Source: Acidobacteriota bacterium
GTDB lineage: Bacteria; Acidobacteriota; Terriglobia; Acidiferrales; UBA7541
Assembly (NCBI GenBank): GCA_028877145.1
Contig: JAGWOX010000001.1
Location: forward strand, 1 to 61,456
Direction: 5' to 3'
DNA length: 61,456 nucleotides
The position numbers were made by a program, and so were the translations under genes. Each line of letters begins with the position of its first letter. Position 1 is the stretch's first letter. Below the pieces are notes generated by a model. The model had not been told where the DNA came from, made no database searches, and saw nothing but the letters and a program-made list of their open reading frames with translations. Positions 12,498-21,762 of this stretch are shown here, in pieces.

Positions 12498-13391
12498 TCA
12501 GCGGGTGGAACTGACCGTCTCGGACGTCGTCTTCTCCGAAGGGCATTCAATCGTTACGCGCAATTGGAGCGTTACGTCCTTCCTCACCACGCCCACCGAA
12601 ACGCCGTTCGCCGAGCAGTCGGTTCGCAGAGCCTGCTCGAGTTCCCCGGTTGTGCCCACCGGCTTGCCGTTCACCTGATAAATCACGTCGCCGGCTTTCA
12701 TGCCCGCTTTCTGGGCCGCCGAGTCGGTGTTCACTTCGACCACCAGCACGCCGCGGCCGCCGGGCACCTGGAAATACTGCCCCAGCTGCCCGCTCACCTC
12801 TTCCGCCCGCACGCCGAGAAGCGGATGCAGGCCGAACCCGCGAAACATCACGAACGGGCGCTCGATTCGCATCCGTCCCGTCATCGGCATGCTGCTCTCG
12901 AGCAGCATCCGCCGGCTTTCCACCTTCGCCGAGAGCGTCTGCTGCCGCCCGGCGCGCCACAGGCGCATCGCGACCGAGCGTCCCGGCGGCGTCTCCGTCA
13001 CCAGACGCCGGAACTGCAACACGCCTTCGACGGCATGTCCGTTGTATTCGACGATGATGTCGTGCGGCTTGACGCCGGCCTTCGCCGCCGGACCGTCGGC
13101 TTGAACGGTGTCAACGTAAACGCCCGCGGGCTTCGCGAGTTTCGCGTCGCGCGCTTCGGCGTCATTCACTTCACGGATCGAGACTCCGAGCCATCCTTCG
13201 TCCGCCGACGACGTGACGAACACCTGGTTCAGGCCTCTGCCGGCCTGCGCCAACGCGTTCTCGACCGTCTGGCCGATCCAAACCGGCGGCTCGGGTGGTG
13301 GTGGCGGGGTCTCCTGCGCTCGGACTCCTGCGGGAATAAGCATCGCGGCCGCAAGCAATACGACGGCCCAATGCCATTGCCATGCTTTCAT
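12498..13391 (-). CDS. Secreted protein with two PDZ domains and no protease domain
   Basis: Starts MKAWQWHWAVVLLAAAMLIPAGVRAQ (signal peptide). It has two PDZ-like segments (GVYVDTVQADGPAAKAGVKPHDIIVEYNG and GVLVVEVNTDSAAQKAGMKAGDVIYQVNG). ATG 13391 is preceded by GGAGGA. Confidence 0.75.
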   Translation of the reverse strand: MKAWQWHWAVVLLAAAMLIPAGVRAQETPPPPPEPPVWIGQTVENALAQAGRGLNQVFVTSSADEGWLGVSIREVNDAEARDAKLAKPAGVYVDTVQADGPAAKAGVKPHDIIVEYNGHAVEGVLQFRRLVTETPPGRSVAMRLWRAGRQQTLSAKVESRRMLLESSMPMTGRMRIERPFVMFRGFGLHPLLGVRAEEVSGQLGQYFQVPGGRGVLVVEVNTDSAAQKAGMKAGDVIYQVNGKPVGTTGELEQALRTDCSANGVSVGVVRKDVTLQLRVTIECPSEKTTSETVSSTR

Positions 13392-13749
13392 CGAATCCTC
13401 CATGTTCCGCCCATGGATTTTCGATTGAGAGGACGGCAGGGCACACCTCCCTGCCGCTGCCTAATAGGATGCACCAGTTCGCCCCGTTTGTCGCCCCCGC
13501 CGATCTGGCGCGGACACTCTTGTCCGCGTGATTGGCATCCGAACCGACGCTCCGATCAACGGTTCGCGGTTGTTCAATGAGCGTAGCGCCTGTCTGGAAG
13601 CGAAACTGCGCCCGGACAACGTACCCAGCGATGAAGACTTTGGACGAGTCGCTGTTCGAGAAATCCCTCAGAAGTGGCAGTTCAAGCTGGTTCTGCCAAT
13701 CGGGTTGCGGCCGTCCAACTAGAAGATTCTTCGACGAAATCAGTTAGTT

Positions 13750-13778
13750 TTACTTCGCGGACTACCGGGATATATAAT
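13750..13778 (+). promoter_or_regulatory. Candidate sigma-70 promoter TTACTT-N17-TATAAT
   Basis: Seen directly: ttTTACTTcgcggactaccgggataTATAATcg, about 85 nt upstream of ATG 13863. Confidence 0.35.
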
Positions 13779-13862
13779 CGCCCTAGTCACGGTTCAAAAT
13801 TTTCCTCTGCTGGACTCATTTCGGATCCACAAGCTCGGCAGAGCCGTCTCTGGAAGGCCACG

Positions 13863-14354
13863 ATGAGTGGAAATCAGCCTAGCGGAAGCGACCTGCCGCC
13901 CATCCTGCATAACGGGATTATCAAGGGTCGATATTCGCTGTTGCTCCAAGGTTTCCTCAACGACGCGACAGACAAGAAACCCTATTACACTCCGGTGGCC
14001 GCACTGGGAACGGTAACCTATGATGGCGAAGTGAATGCTGACGGAAGTGGAGGTGTTTCTGGCAGCGTAGTGCTCAAATTTGTTAGCAATGATGCGACAG
14101 TTGACGGTTGGGTAGAGAAAAAGGTCGCAATCGTTGAGGGAAGCAAGTATTGGATTGACGCAGATGAGATTTTTGGCCGTGCGTTCTTTCTCGTGCAATT
14201 TCCGGATGGGTCGCAGCATCAGTTGCACTTCTTCTTTGTAATCGAAGACGCTGGAAAAACGATCAAAACCCTTTCCACCATCACTGCACCTTTCAATAGC
14301 GTGCAGTGGGGGAACCAGACAAGGCTAGACCCTGTCGATCGTTTTCTCGACTGA
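13863..14354 (+). CDS. Hypothetical protein (orphan, lower-GC)
   Basis: 163 aa from the internal ATG (MSGNQPSGSDLPPILHNGIIKGRYSLLLQGF...), with GGAAGG 5 nt upstream. GC content and codon choice are clearly lower than in neighbouring genes. The composition looks beta-rich. No family recognised. Confidence 0.5.
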   Translation: MSGNQPSGSDLPPILHNGIIKGRYSLLLQGFLNDATDKKPYYTPVAALGTVTYDGEVNADGSGGVSGSVVLKFVSNDATVDGWVEKKVAIVEGSKYWIDADEIFGRAFFLVQFPDGSQHQLHFFFVIEDAGKTIKTLSTITAPFNSVQWGNQTRLDPVDRFLD

Positions 14355-14878
14355 GGGACATTGGCTAACGATTCTGTTGCCCGATGCTGTTCTTGCGTGC
14401 GGCAGCGCCGTTTGCCACTTTCTTGATGCCATTCCGCAGGCGTGCCCGCGATTCCTCAACCTGCATGTGACACACCCCGTCCTTCCGCACACGGGATCAT
14501 ACGACCGTTCCTGAATTCCGATTTGAAGGTTCCTTCGCCCGTGGACCGGGCGATCACTCCACGTGTAGACATTGTGATGCGTCTCCTTCGCGGGGAACGC
14601 ATCAGGGCAATAAGAAAGGCCGCCCAATGCATCAGGCGGCCATCTCCCAGGAAAGACCTTGTTTGGGAATTTTCATTTCCCACATCGGCGTTAAAAATTA
14701 TCGCCCTCACACCTCCACTTGCAACGGCGTAGACTCAGGCCGATCGAGAAACCCCCGCGAAGGATTGCCATCGCCTGGCCCTCCTGCTGGCGGCACGGGC
14801 TCACGAGAGCCGGGCTTGCTGAAAGGCGCGCGGGCAGGAGTGCCCGCGCAACCATGCTGTTGTAGACTCCTCTCTTTG

Positions 14879-16981
14879 ATGACCCTATCACTTTCGACCG
14901 AGGTGACCTATCTGAAGGGCGTCGGCCCGCAGCGCGCCGAGGCTCTCGCTCGCCGCTCCATCCTCACCGTCGAGGATCTCCTCTACAATCTCCCCTTCCG
15001 CTACGAAGACCGTTTGCGTTTCACTCCGATTTCAAGCGTCCGGCCGGGCGAAATCTGCACGATTCAGGCCGAAGTCGCCGACGGCAACCTGCTCCGTTTC
15101 CGCGGCCGCCGCGACGCCATGTACCACCTGCTGGTGCGCGACGCGACCGGCGCGTTGCACGTGAAATTTTTCCACGGCGCCTATCTCGAGGGACGTTTCC
15201 ATCCCGGCCAGCGCATCGTCATCCACGGAAAAGTCGAAATCGACCGGCTGCGTCCGGCGCGTATCGAAATGGTGAATCCGCAATTCGAGATGCTCGGCGC
15301 GTCCGGCGGCGATTCCACCGAAGTCGGCCGCATCGTTCCCATCTACGAAGCCATCGGCCCTCTCACGCCGCGCGTGCTGCGCCGCATCATCCACACGGCT
15401 CTCGAAAACCTCGGCGCGGCCATCCCCGATCCCCTGCCCGCCGAGATCATCGAGCGCCACGCCCTGCCCTCCCGCGCCGCCGCGCTGCACGCCGCTCATT
15501 TCCCGCCGCCGACGGAACCGCTCGACCGGCTGAACCAGTTCCAGACGCCAGCGCAACAGCGGCTGATATTCGAGGAGTTTTTCTTCTTTCAACTGGGCCT
15601 GGCACTGCGTCGCAGGCGCCAGCAGGTCGAGCCGGGCATCGCCTTCCGCGTGCGCGATGACCGCATCCGCGAAGCGCTCAAGCGCGTGCTCCCCTTCAAG
15701 CCCACCGCCGCGCAGAAACGCGTGCTCGCCGAGATCGCCGCCGATCTCGAGCGGCCGACGCCGATGAACCGCCTGCTCCAGGGCGACGTGGGCAGCGGGA
15801 AAACGATCGTCGCGCTCGAAGCCGCGGTAATCGTCATCGAAAACGGCTATCAGGTGGCGCTGATGGCGCCGACGGAAATCCTGGCCGTCCAGCATTTCCT
15901 GGCCGCGCGGCGCATCTTGGGTGGCGCCGGCTACACCGTGGAATTGCTCGTGAGCGGCATGAAACCCGCCGCGCGCCGGGAAGCGCTCGAGCGCGTCCGC
16001 TCCGGCGAGGCGCACATCGTCGTCGGAACGCACGCCCTGATCGAGGATCCGGTGGAGTTCCGGAAACTCGGCCTCGCGGTGATCGACGAGCAGCACCGCT
16101 TCGGCGTGCTCCAGCGCAAGCGCCTTCGCGAAAAGGGCGCTTCGCCCGACGTGCTCGTCATGACCGCGACCCCCATCCCGCGCACGCTCGCCCTCACGCT
16201 CTACGGCGACCTGGACCTCTCGGTAATCGACGAAATGCCGCCCGGCCGCGGACCGTTGAAAACCGCCTGGCGCTCGGAGGAGGATCTGGCCGGCGTGTGG
16301 GAATTCGTTCGCGGCGAATTGCGTGCGGGCCGCCAGGCCTACGTCGTCTATCCGGTCGTCGAGGAATCGAAGCAGGAACTCAAGGCGGCGATTGAACAGT
16401 ACGAGCGCCTCTCGCGACTCGTCTTCGCCGAGTGCAAGATCGGCCTTCTGCACGGACGTCTGGCAAGCGAGGAAAAGGACCGCGTGATGGAAGAATTCCG
16501 CGCCGGCCGCATTCAGATGCTAGTTGCGACCACCGTGATCGAAGTCGGCGTCGACGTGCCCAACGCCACCGTGATGGTGATCGAGCACGCCGAGCGCTTC
16601 GGCATCGCCCAGCTCCATCAGCTTCGCGGGCGCATCGGGCGCGGGCGTGAGAAATCGTATTGCATCCTCGTCGCTCCACGCGATCTCGAGGGCGAGGGCC
16701 GCGAGCGCCTCGAAACGCTCGTCCGTACCGCGAACGGAGCCGAAATCTCCGAGGCCGATCTCAAGCTGCGCGGCCCGGGCGAATTTTTCGGCACCGCGCA
16801 GCACGGCGCGCCCGCTCTGCGCGTCGCCAGCCTCCTGCGCGATCACGATCTTCTGGAGCAGGCGCGCCAGGAAGCCTTTGCCCTCGTCGCCGACGACGCC
16901 CGCGCGCCCGAGCTCGAGCGCCTGCTCGCCTCGGTCGATCCAAACTGGCAGCGCCGCTACGAATTGGCAAGGGTAGGATGA
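14879..16981 (+). CDS. recG: ATP-dependent DNA helicase RecG
   Basis: Internal start MTLSLSTEVTYLKGVGPQRAEALARRSILTVEDLLYNLPFRYEDR. Contains GDVGSGKT, DEQHRFGV and QLHQLRGRIGRG. Confidence 0.93.
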   Translation: MTLSLSTEVTYLKGVGPQRAEALARRSILTVEDLLYNLPFRYEDRLRFTPISSVRPGEICTIQAEVADGNLLRFRGRRDAMYHLLVRDATGALHVKFFHGAYLEGRFHPGQRIVIHGKVEIDRLRPARIEMVNPQFEMLGASGGDSTEVGRIVPIYEAIGPLTPRVLRRIIHTALENLGAAIPDPLPAEIIERHALPSRAAALHAAHFPPPTEPLDRLNQFQTPAQQRLIFEEFFFFQLGLALRRRRQQVEPGIAFRVRDDRIREALKRVLPFKPTAAQKRVLAEIAADLERPTPMNRLLQGDVGSGKTIVALEAAVIVIENGYQVALMAPTEILAVQHFLAARRILGGAGYTVELLVSGMKPAARREALERVRSGEAHIVVGTHALIEDPVEFRKLGLAVIDEQHRFGVLQRKRLREKGASPDVLVMTATPIPRTLALTLYGDLDLSVIDEMPPGRGPLKTAWRSEEDLAGVWEFVRGELRAGRQAYVVYPVVEESKQELKAAIEQYERLSRLVFAECKIGLLHGRLASEEKDRVMEEFRAGRIQMLVATTVIEVGVDVPNATVMVIEHAERFGIAQLHQLRGRIGRGREKSYCILVAPRDLEGEGRERLETLVRTANGAEISEADLKLRGPGEFFGTAQHGAPALRVASLLRDHDLLEQARQEAFALVADDARAPELERLLASVDPNWQRRYELARVG

Positions 16982-16985
16982 ACCG

Positions 16986-17549
16986 ATGCGAATCGTCGCG
17001 GGAAAATACGGCAGCCGTCATCTGAAAACCCCGGGCAAACTGCGCGTCCGTCCGACGAGCGACCGCCTGCGCGAGACCCTCTTCGACATTCTCGGCCCGT
17101 CGGTCGTGGATTCGCTGTTCATCGACGCCTACGCCGGCACCGGCGCGGTGGGCATCGAAGCGCTCAGCCGGGGCGCGCGGCGTGCCATATTCGTCGAGAT
17201 CGCCCGCGGCGCCGTGGCGCTGATCCGCCAGAATCTCGCGATGCTCGGTGCCACAGCCGACGCCGAAATCCTCCACGAAGACGCACTCAAGGGCCTCGCG
17301 CGCCTGCACGCCCGCGGCGAGCGCGCCGATTTCCTTTTCCTCGATCCGCCGTATGAGGATATCGAGGAGTACCACGGCACGTTCGACCTGCTGGCGCATT
17401 CCGCGCCGCTCAAGCCCACCGGCCTCGTCATCATCGAGCATCGCTCCACGTTTCCGCTGCCCGAATTCGCCGGCAAACTGGAATCGTACCGGCGCGTGCG
17501 CCAGGGAGACGCCACGCTGAGTTTCTACCGGCTCATGCCGGGCGAATAA
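16986..17549 (+). CDS. rsmD: 16S rRNA (guanine966-N2)-methyltransferase RsmD
   Basis: MRIVAGKYGSRHLKTPGKLRVRPTSDRLRETLFDIL ... DAYAGTGAVGIEALSRGA ... FLDPPY. Confidence 0.86.
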   Translation: MRIVAGKYGSRHLKTPGKLRVRPTSDRLRETLFDILGPSVVDSLFIDAYAGTGAVGIEALSRGARRAIFVEIARGAVALIRQNLAMLGATADAEILHEDALKGLARLHARGERADFLFLDPPYEDIEEYHGTFDLLAHSAPLKPTGLVIIEHRSTFPLPEFAGKLESYRRVRQGDATLSFYRLMPGE

Positions 17550-17606
17550 TTCCTTCCGCGCGCCTCGGTGAATCCTTTCCCGCCCGCCTTCCATCAAAGA
17601 GGCGCC

Positions 17607-18104
17607 ATGCCTGAGATCGCTCGCAACATGAAGGAATTGCAGGAAGGAAGAAAAGATTTTTCTTTCGAGTCCCGCGAACTGCTCGAAAGGGCAGGCTACA
17701 CGCTCGGTTATGATCGCCCGCTCATCGTTCGCTGTTTCGACAGCCGCCTGGACCCGATTTTCGCCGCGTTTTTAATGGAAAACGGCTGGTCGCATCAGGA
17801 CGTCATTTCCGTCCCCGGTGGCGCCCGCGCTCTTGGTTCCAGCGATTCGGCCGACAAAGCCACGAGACAGACGATATTCGAGGCGATCAAGACCGGCATT
17901 GCGGTCCACGAAGCGAAATGGATCCTGCTGACAATCCATGTCGATTGCAGGAGCTACGGCATCACGTTTCCCAGCGACGAGGCCGAGAAGGAAAAACAGA
18001 AACAGGACCTCGCGGAGGCTGTGCGCTTCGTCAGCGCAAGTCTCTCCCCGGAATTTTTCGTCGAAGGGCGCTTCGTTGACGGCCGCGGCATCCATCCCGT
18101 CTAG
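17607..18104 (+). CDS. Hypothetical protein with beta-carbonic-anhydrase-like C-x-D-x-R / H-x-x-C motifs
   Basis: 165 aa from ATG 17607, which follows AAAGAGG. Motifs seen are VRCFDSRLDP and TIHVDCRSYG. Confidence 0.5.
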   Translation: MPEIARNMKELQEGRKDFSFESRELLERAGYTLGYDRPLIVRCFDSRLDPIFAAFLMENGWSHQDVISVPGGARALGSSDSADKATRQTIFEAIKTGIAVHEAKWILLTIHVDCRSYGITFPSDEAEKEKQKQDLAEAVRFVSASLSPEFFVEGRFVDGRGIHPV

Positions 18105-18149
18105 TCCGAATTCCTGATTCGCCGTAGCGGGGAAACGCGACGAGTTCGT

Positions 18150-18172
18150 GTAGCGGCGGGCTTCAGCCCGTC
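18150..18172 (+). repeat. GTAGC-hairpin repeat (TTCA loop), copy 2
   Basis: GTAGCGGCGGGCTTCAGCCCGTC, in the intergenic region upstream of tonB. Confidence 0.5.
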
Positions 18173-18273
18173 ATTGCTTTACCGCGGCGAACCATAAGGT
18201 TGTAACCAGTTCGCACCGTGGCGTGGCCGGTTACTTCTTCCGCTACGCACGGCGTTATAATTTCTTTTTCCCC

Positions 18274-19995
18274 ATGACCTCGCCTCCCAGCCACGCTCCG
18301 GGTGCATTCGAAACGCCGCGTCTCGCAGTGCCGTGGCAGGGGCGGCGTGCGAATTTCCTCGAAAGCCTCCATGCGGCCTTGCACGGGCCGCGCGCGCCGC
18401 GCGAATTCGATCCCGGCAAGTCCTTCTTCCGCCTGCGCGTCGAGCCGGGTCGCGCGCCGGGCCGGGGAATCGCCGGCTCATTTGTCTCGCATGTCATTCT
18501 CCTCGCGATCTGCGTTCCCCTGAGCCGCATGGCCATGCCGAGACCGGACGTTTCGTTGCCGCAAATCGAAATCACCTGGTACGGCCCGGCCACGGACGTT
18601 GCTCCCGTCGCCGCGCCGAAACCAAAAGAAGCGAAGCCGGAGCCCAAGCCCAAGCCGGAGCCGAAACCCCGGATTCTCGCCCGCGCCTACAATCCGAAAA
18701 CAACGGTCATCTTCAATCCGCCGCGGCCCACGAATACCCGCCAGGTTCTGATTCAGCCCGATGCTCCGCCGACCGTCCCCGGCATTCTGCCGGCAATGCC
18801 GAACATCATCTCCTGGGCGGATGCCGCGCCGGTGAGGCCGCAGGTCACCGTGAATCCGGCCGATCTGCGCGCCAGGCGTGCGCGCGAGTCCGAGGCGACG
18901 CTACGGGCGCCCGAAATCGTCAACGCCACCCCTCCCGCCGGACCGCTCGATATCGCGCCCGGCCCCGCCACGGTGAATCCTCCCATGCCCATCGCGCCGA
19001 GCGCCGTGATGGCCCAGCGCGCCGCTTCTCCGCGCGTCGCCGCGGCGCCTTCGATCTCCAATGCTGCTCCGGCCGCGAAATCGCTCTCGCTGGCCGCGGC
19101 CAATGCCGCGCCGCAACCCCCGCTGCCCTCCACGCCAGACGCAGTCCGCGCCGAGCACGCGAACTCGAGAGCCACGGACGCCGCCGCGCCGAATCTGACG
19201 ATCGACGTGCGCCGGCTCGTCTCGCTTTCGCTCTCACCAGGTTCGGCCCCTCCGCCGCCCGTCAACGCTTCCGCGCCGATCAGCATCGGCCCGCATGTCG
19301 CCAGGAAAGTCAACTCGGCTGCGGCTCCCGATCTTTCCGCCAACTCTGCTTCCGGAGCCGGCGCTCCCGGCGTGCCTTCAGCCAATGCCGCGCACGGCCC
19401 TGCGGGCTTGCTCATCCTGCACGACAGCAGCGCGGCGAGTCCCGCTCCGCCACCGCGGCCGCCGACGCCGGCTCCGCTGCCCAAAATCGCGCCGGTCGCT
19501 CCGCTCTCCGCGCGCGAGGCGATTCCGCGATCCAACTCGGACGCGCCGGCTTCCGGAAGCGGCATCGTCCGTCAGGACCTGGCCCATCGGGTGCTCGGCC
19601 CGTGGCGCATTCACACCTTGTTGATGAACTTGCCCGACCTCACGAGTTCCAGCGGCAGCTGGATCCTGAATTTCGCCGAGCCGCTCGGCAAGGTCATGCG
19701 GGAGAGCAACCAGATCATTGCGCCGTTGCCGGTCCACAGCGTCGACCCCGAATATCCGCCTGCGGAGATCGAACAGGGAGTCGAAGGCAAAGTGATTCTC
19801 GTGGCCGTCATCGGCGTTGACGGCACGGTAAGCCAGATTCAAGTCGTCGAGAGCCTCGATCCCGTCCTCGACCACAACGCCGCGGCCGCGCTCGCGCAGT
19901 GGAAGTTCGATCCCGCCCTGCTCCACGACCGCCCCGTCCCCCTCAAGGTCCTCGTCACCGTGCCCTTCCGCTTCACCGTCCCCAAATACAAATGA
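18274..19995 (+). CDS. TonB family energy transducer with a very long Ala/Pro-rich linker
   Basis: Has an N-terminal TM helix (SFVSHVILLAICVPL), a KP/EP repeat (KPKEAKPEPKPKPEPKP) and a C-terminal TonB domain (PEYPPAEIEQGVEGKVILVAVIGVDGTVSQIQVVESLDPVLDHNAAAALAQWKFDP). Confidence 0.78.
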   Translation: MTSPPSHAPGAFETPRLAVPWQGRRANFLESLHAALHGPRAPREFDPGKSFFRLRVEPGRAPGRGIAGSFVSHVILLAICVPLSRMAMPRPDVSLPQIEITWYGPATDVAPVAAPKPKEAKPEPKPKPEPKPRILARAYNPKTTVIFNPPRPTNTRQVLIQPDAPPTVPGILPAMPNIISWADAAPVRPQVTVNPADLRARRARESEATLRAPEIVNATPPAGPLDIAPGPATVNPPMPIAPSAVMAQRAASPRVAAAPSISNAAPAAKSLSLAAANAAPQPPLPSTPDAVRAEHANSRATDAAAPNLTIDVRRLVSLSLSPGSAPPPPVNASAPISIGPHVARKVNSAAAPDLSANSASGAGAPGVPSANAAHGPAGLLILHDSSAASPAPPPRPPTPAPLPKIAPVAPLSAREAIPRSNSDAPASGSGIVRQDLAHRVLGPWRIHTLLMNLPDLTSSSGSWILNFAEPLGKVMRESNQIIAPLPVHSVDPEYPPAEIEQGVEGKVILVAVIGVDGTVSQIQVVESLDPVLDHNAAAALAQWKFDPALLHDRPVPLKVLVTVPFRFTVPKYK

Positions 19996-20582
19996 CCACC
20001 CTCCCACCCGAACTCGAGAAAATCCGCCAGGAAGCGGCGGAGAACGAGAGACGGCTCGTGGCTCTGGCGAAAGACTTGGGCGAGAAGCAACTGGACTGGC
20101 GGCCGGAGCCAGGCCGATGGTCGATCGCTGAGATCCTGATCCACCTGCGGCTCACCAACGAAGCCTGCCTTCCATCCCTCGATCACGCGATTGAAGATGC
20201 TCGGCGGAAGAAGCTGCTGGCCGAGGGGCCATTCCGGCTTGGCTGGATGGGCCGGTTCTTCGTCTGGTACGTCGAGCCGCCGCCGGTGATTCGCTTGCCA
20301 TCTCCCGCGGTTTTGCGTCCGCCCGTGGCGGAACCCGCCGGCGAAGCGCTTCCTCGGCTGCTCGATTCACGCAGGCACGTGCTCGCGAGGCTGGAAGCGG
20401 CCAGCGGGCTCGATCTCGAACGGGCGCGGTTCGTTTCTCCCTTTGCCTCGTTCGTGAAGATGAGCCTGCTGGCAATCTTTTCGGTCTTTACCGCGCACGA
20501 GCGGCGTCATCTATGGCAGGGCGAAAACGTGCGGCGCCTCCTCAGCGAGAGGCCGGCGTTGAGTGGAACTTTGACGGATTAA
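19992..20582 (+). CDS. DinB family protein
   Basis: Internal ATG overlaps the tonB stop as ATGA. Contains LDWRPEPGRWSIAEILIHL ... HERRH. Confidence 0.7.
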   Translation: MTTLPPELEKIRQEAAENERRLVALAKDLGEKQLDWRPEPGRWSIAEILIHLRLTNEACLPSLDHAIEDARRKKLLAEGPFRLGWMGRFFVWYVEPPPVIRLPSPAVLRPPVAEPAGEALPRLLDSRRHVLARLEAASGLDLERARFVSPFASFVKMSLLAIFSVFTAHERRHLWQGENVRRLLSERPALSGTLTD

Positions 20583-21709
20583 GTGGTAAGGACGCTCGCC
20601 AGACGATCGATGTCCCCCGCTGTCGTAAACAGGTGCGGAGCGATGCGCAACGCGTTCTCGCGCAGGCTGACGATCACTTCTTCCGCCCGCAGCTTTTCAT
20701 GCAGTTCGCGCGTTTTCTCGGGCGACCGCGCCGCGAGGCACACATACGGGCCGCGCCGGTCTTCTTCGGTGGGGCTGGCGAGCACGGCCCGGTCGCGTGG
20801 CATGCGCTCGATGATCTGCCGGATGAGTTCCCGGTTGTGCCGCCAGACGGTTCCCACCCCGGTACGCACCAGAAATTCGAGCGACGCTTCCATCGCCACC
20901 AGGTTCAAGCTCGCCGTTTCCGGCGTGTCCCAGCGCCGAGCGCCCGCTTCGGGCCGGTAGGGCGCCAGATCGAGTGAATTGAAAACGTGCGCCCCCGGAA
21001 GCGCCGTCCAGTAAAACGGGGCCGGGCGCATCTCGACGATCCGCTCCTCACGCGCCCAGAAAAATCCCGTGCCGTAGGGACTCAGCAGCCATTTGTAGCC
21101 CGCGGACGTGACGAAATCGGCGCCCAATTCGCGGACCTCGATCGGCATGGCCCCGGCGCACTGGCTGGCATCGAGCGCCAGCCACGCTCCGGCCGCGTGA
21201 CAGGCCTCGGCCAGCGGCTTCGCGTCGATCCGCGTTCCGTCGTGGAAGCGGACCAGGCTCGTCGTCACCAACCGCGTCTTCGGGCCAATCTCCGCGAGAA
21301 AATCCTCCGCGCTCAGAAATCTCCCCCGCGGCCGCACCGTACGCAACCGGAACCAGCCCCTTTCGGCGAGCGGCGCGAACACGGTGAAATGCGCCGGAAA
21401 TTCCTTCTCGGCCACCAGCACTTCGTCTTCCGGTTTCCAGTCAATGCCACAGGCAATCGCGGCCAGGCCCGTTGTCGCGCCCGTGGTGATCGCGACTTCC
21501 GCCGGCTTCCCGCCGATGATCCGCGCAATGAGCGCGCGAACGCGATCCGGCAACCCGAAGTAAATATCGGGCGGCATCTTCTGCGGCTGCTCCTTCCATT
21601 CCACCGCGCGGCGCAGCGCCTGTGCCGACGCGCGCGGCAGCGGGCCCTGCGCCGCAACGTCCAGATACGTCACATTGCCGAACTCCGAAAATTCGCTTCG
21701 GTATTCCAT
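20579..21709 (-). CDS. Aminotransferase class V-fold PLP-dependent enzyme (cysteine-desulfurase-like)
   Basis: 376 aa. YLDVAAQGPLP, DASQCAGAMPI, and TSAGYKWLLSPYGTG containing the PLP lysine. Confidence 0.8.
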   Translation of the reverse strand: MEYRSEFSEFGNVTYLDVAAQGPLPRASAQALRRAVEWKEQPQKMPPDIYFGLPDRVRALIARIIGGKPAEVAITTGATTGLAAIACGIDWKPEDEVLVAEKEFPAHFTVFAPLAERGWFRLRTVRPRGRFLSAEDFLAEIGPKTRLVTTSLVRFHDGTRIDAKPLAEACHAAGAWLALDASQCAGAMPIEVRELGADFVTSAGYKWLLSPYGTGFFWAREERIVEMRPAPFYWTALPGAHVFNSLDLAPYRPEAGARRWDTPETASLNLVAMEASLEFLVRTGVGTVWRHNRELIRQIIERMPRDRAVLASPTEEDRRGPYVCLAARSPEKTRELHEKLRAEEVIVSLRENALRIAPHLFTTAGDIDRLASVLTT

Positions 21710-21762
21710 CGAAACAGGAACCTTTCAGGGATTTTCCCGCCTGCCGCCGGCCCCGATGGCCG

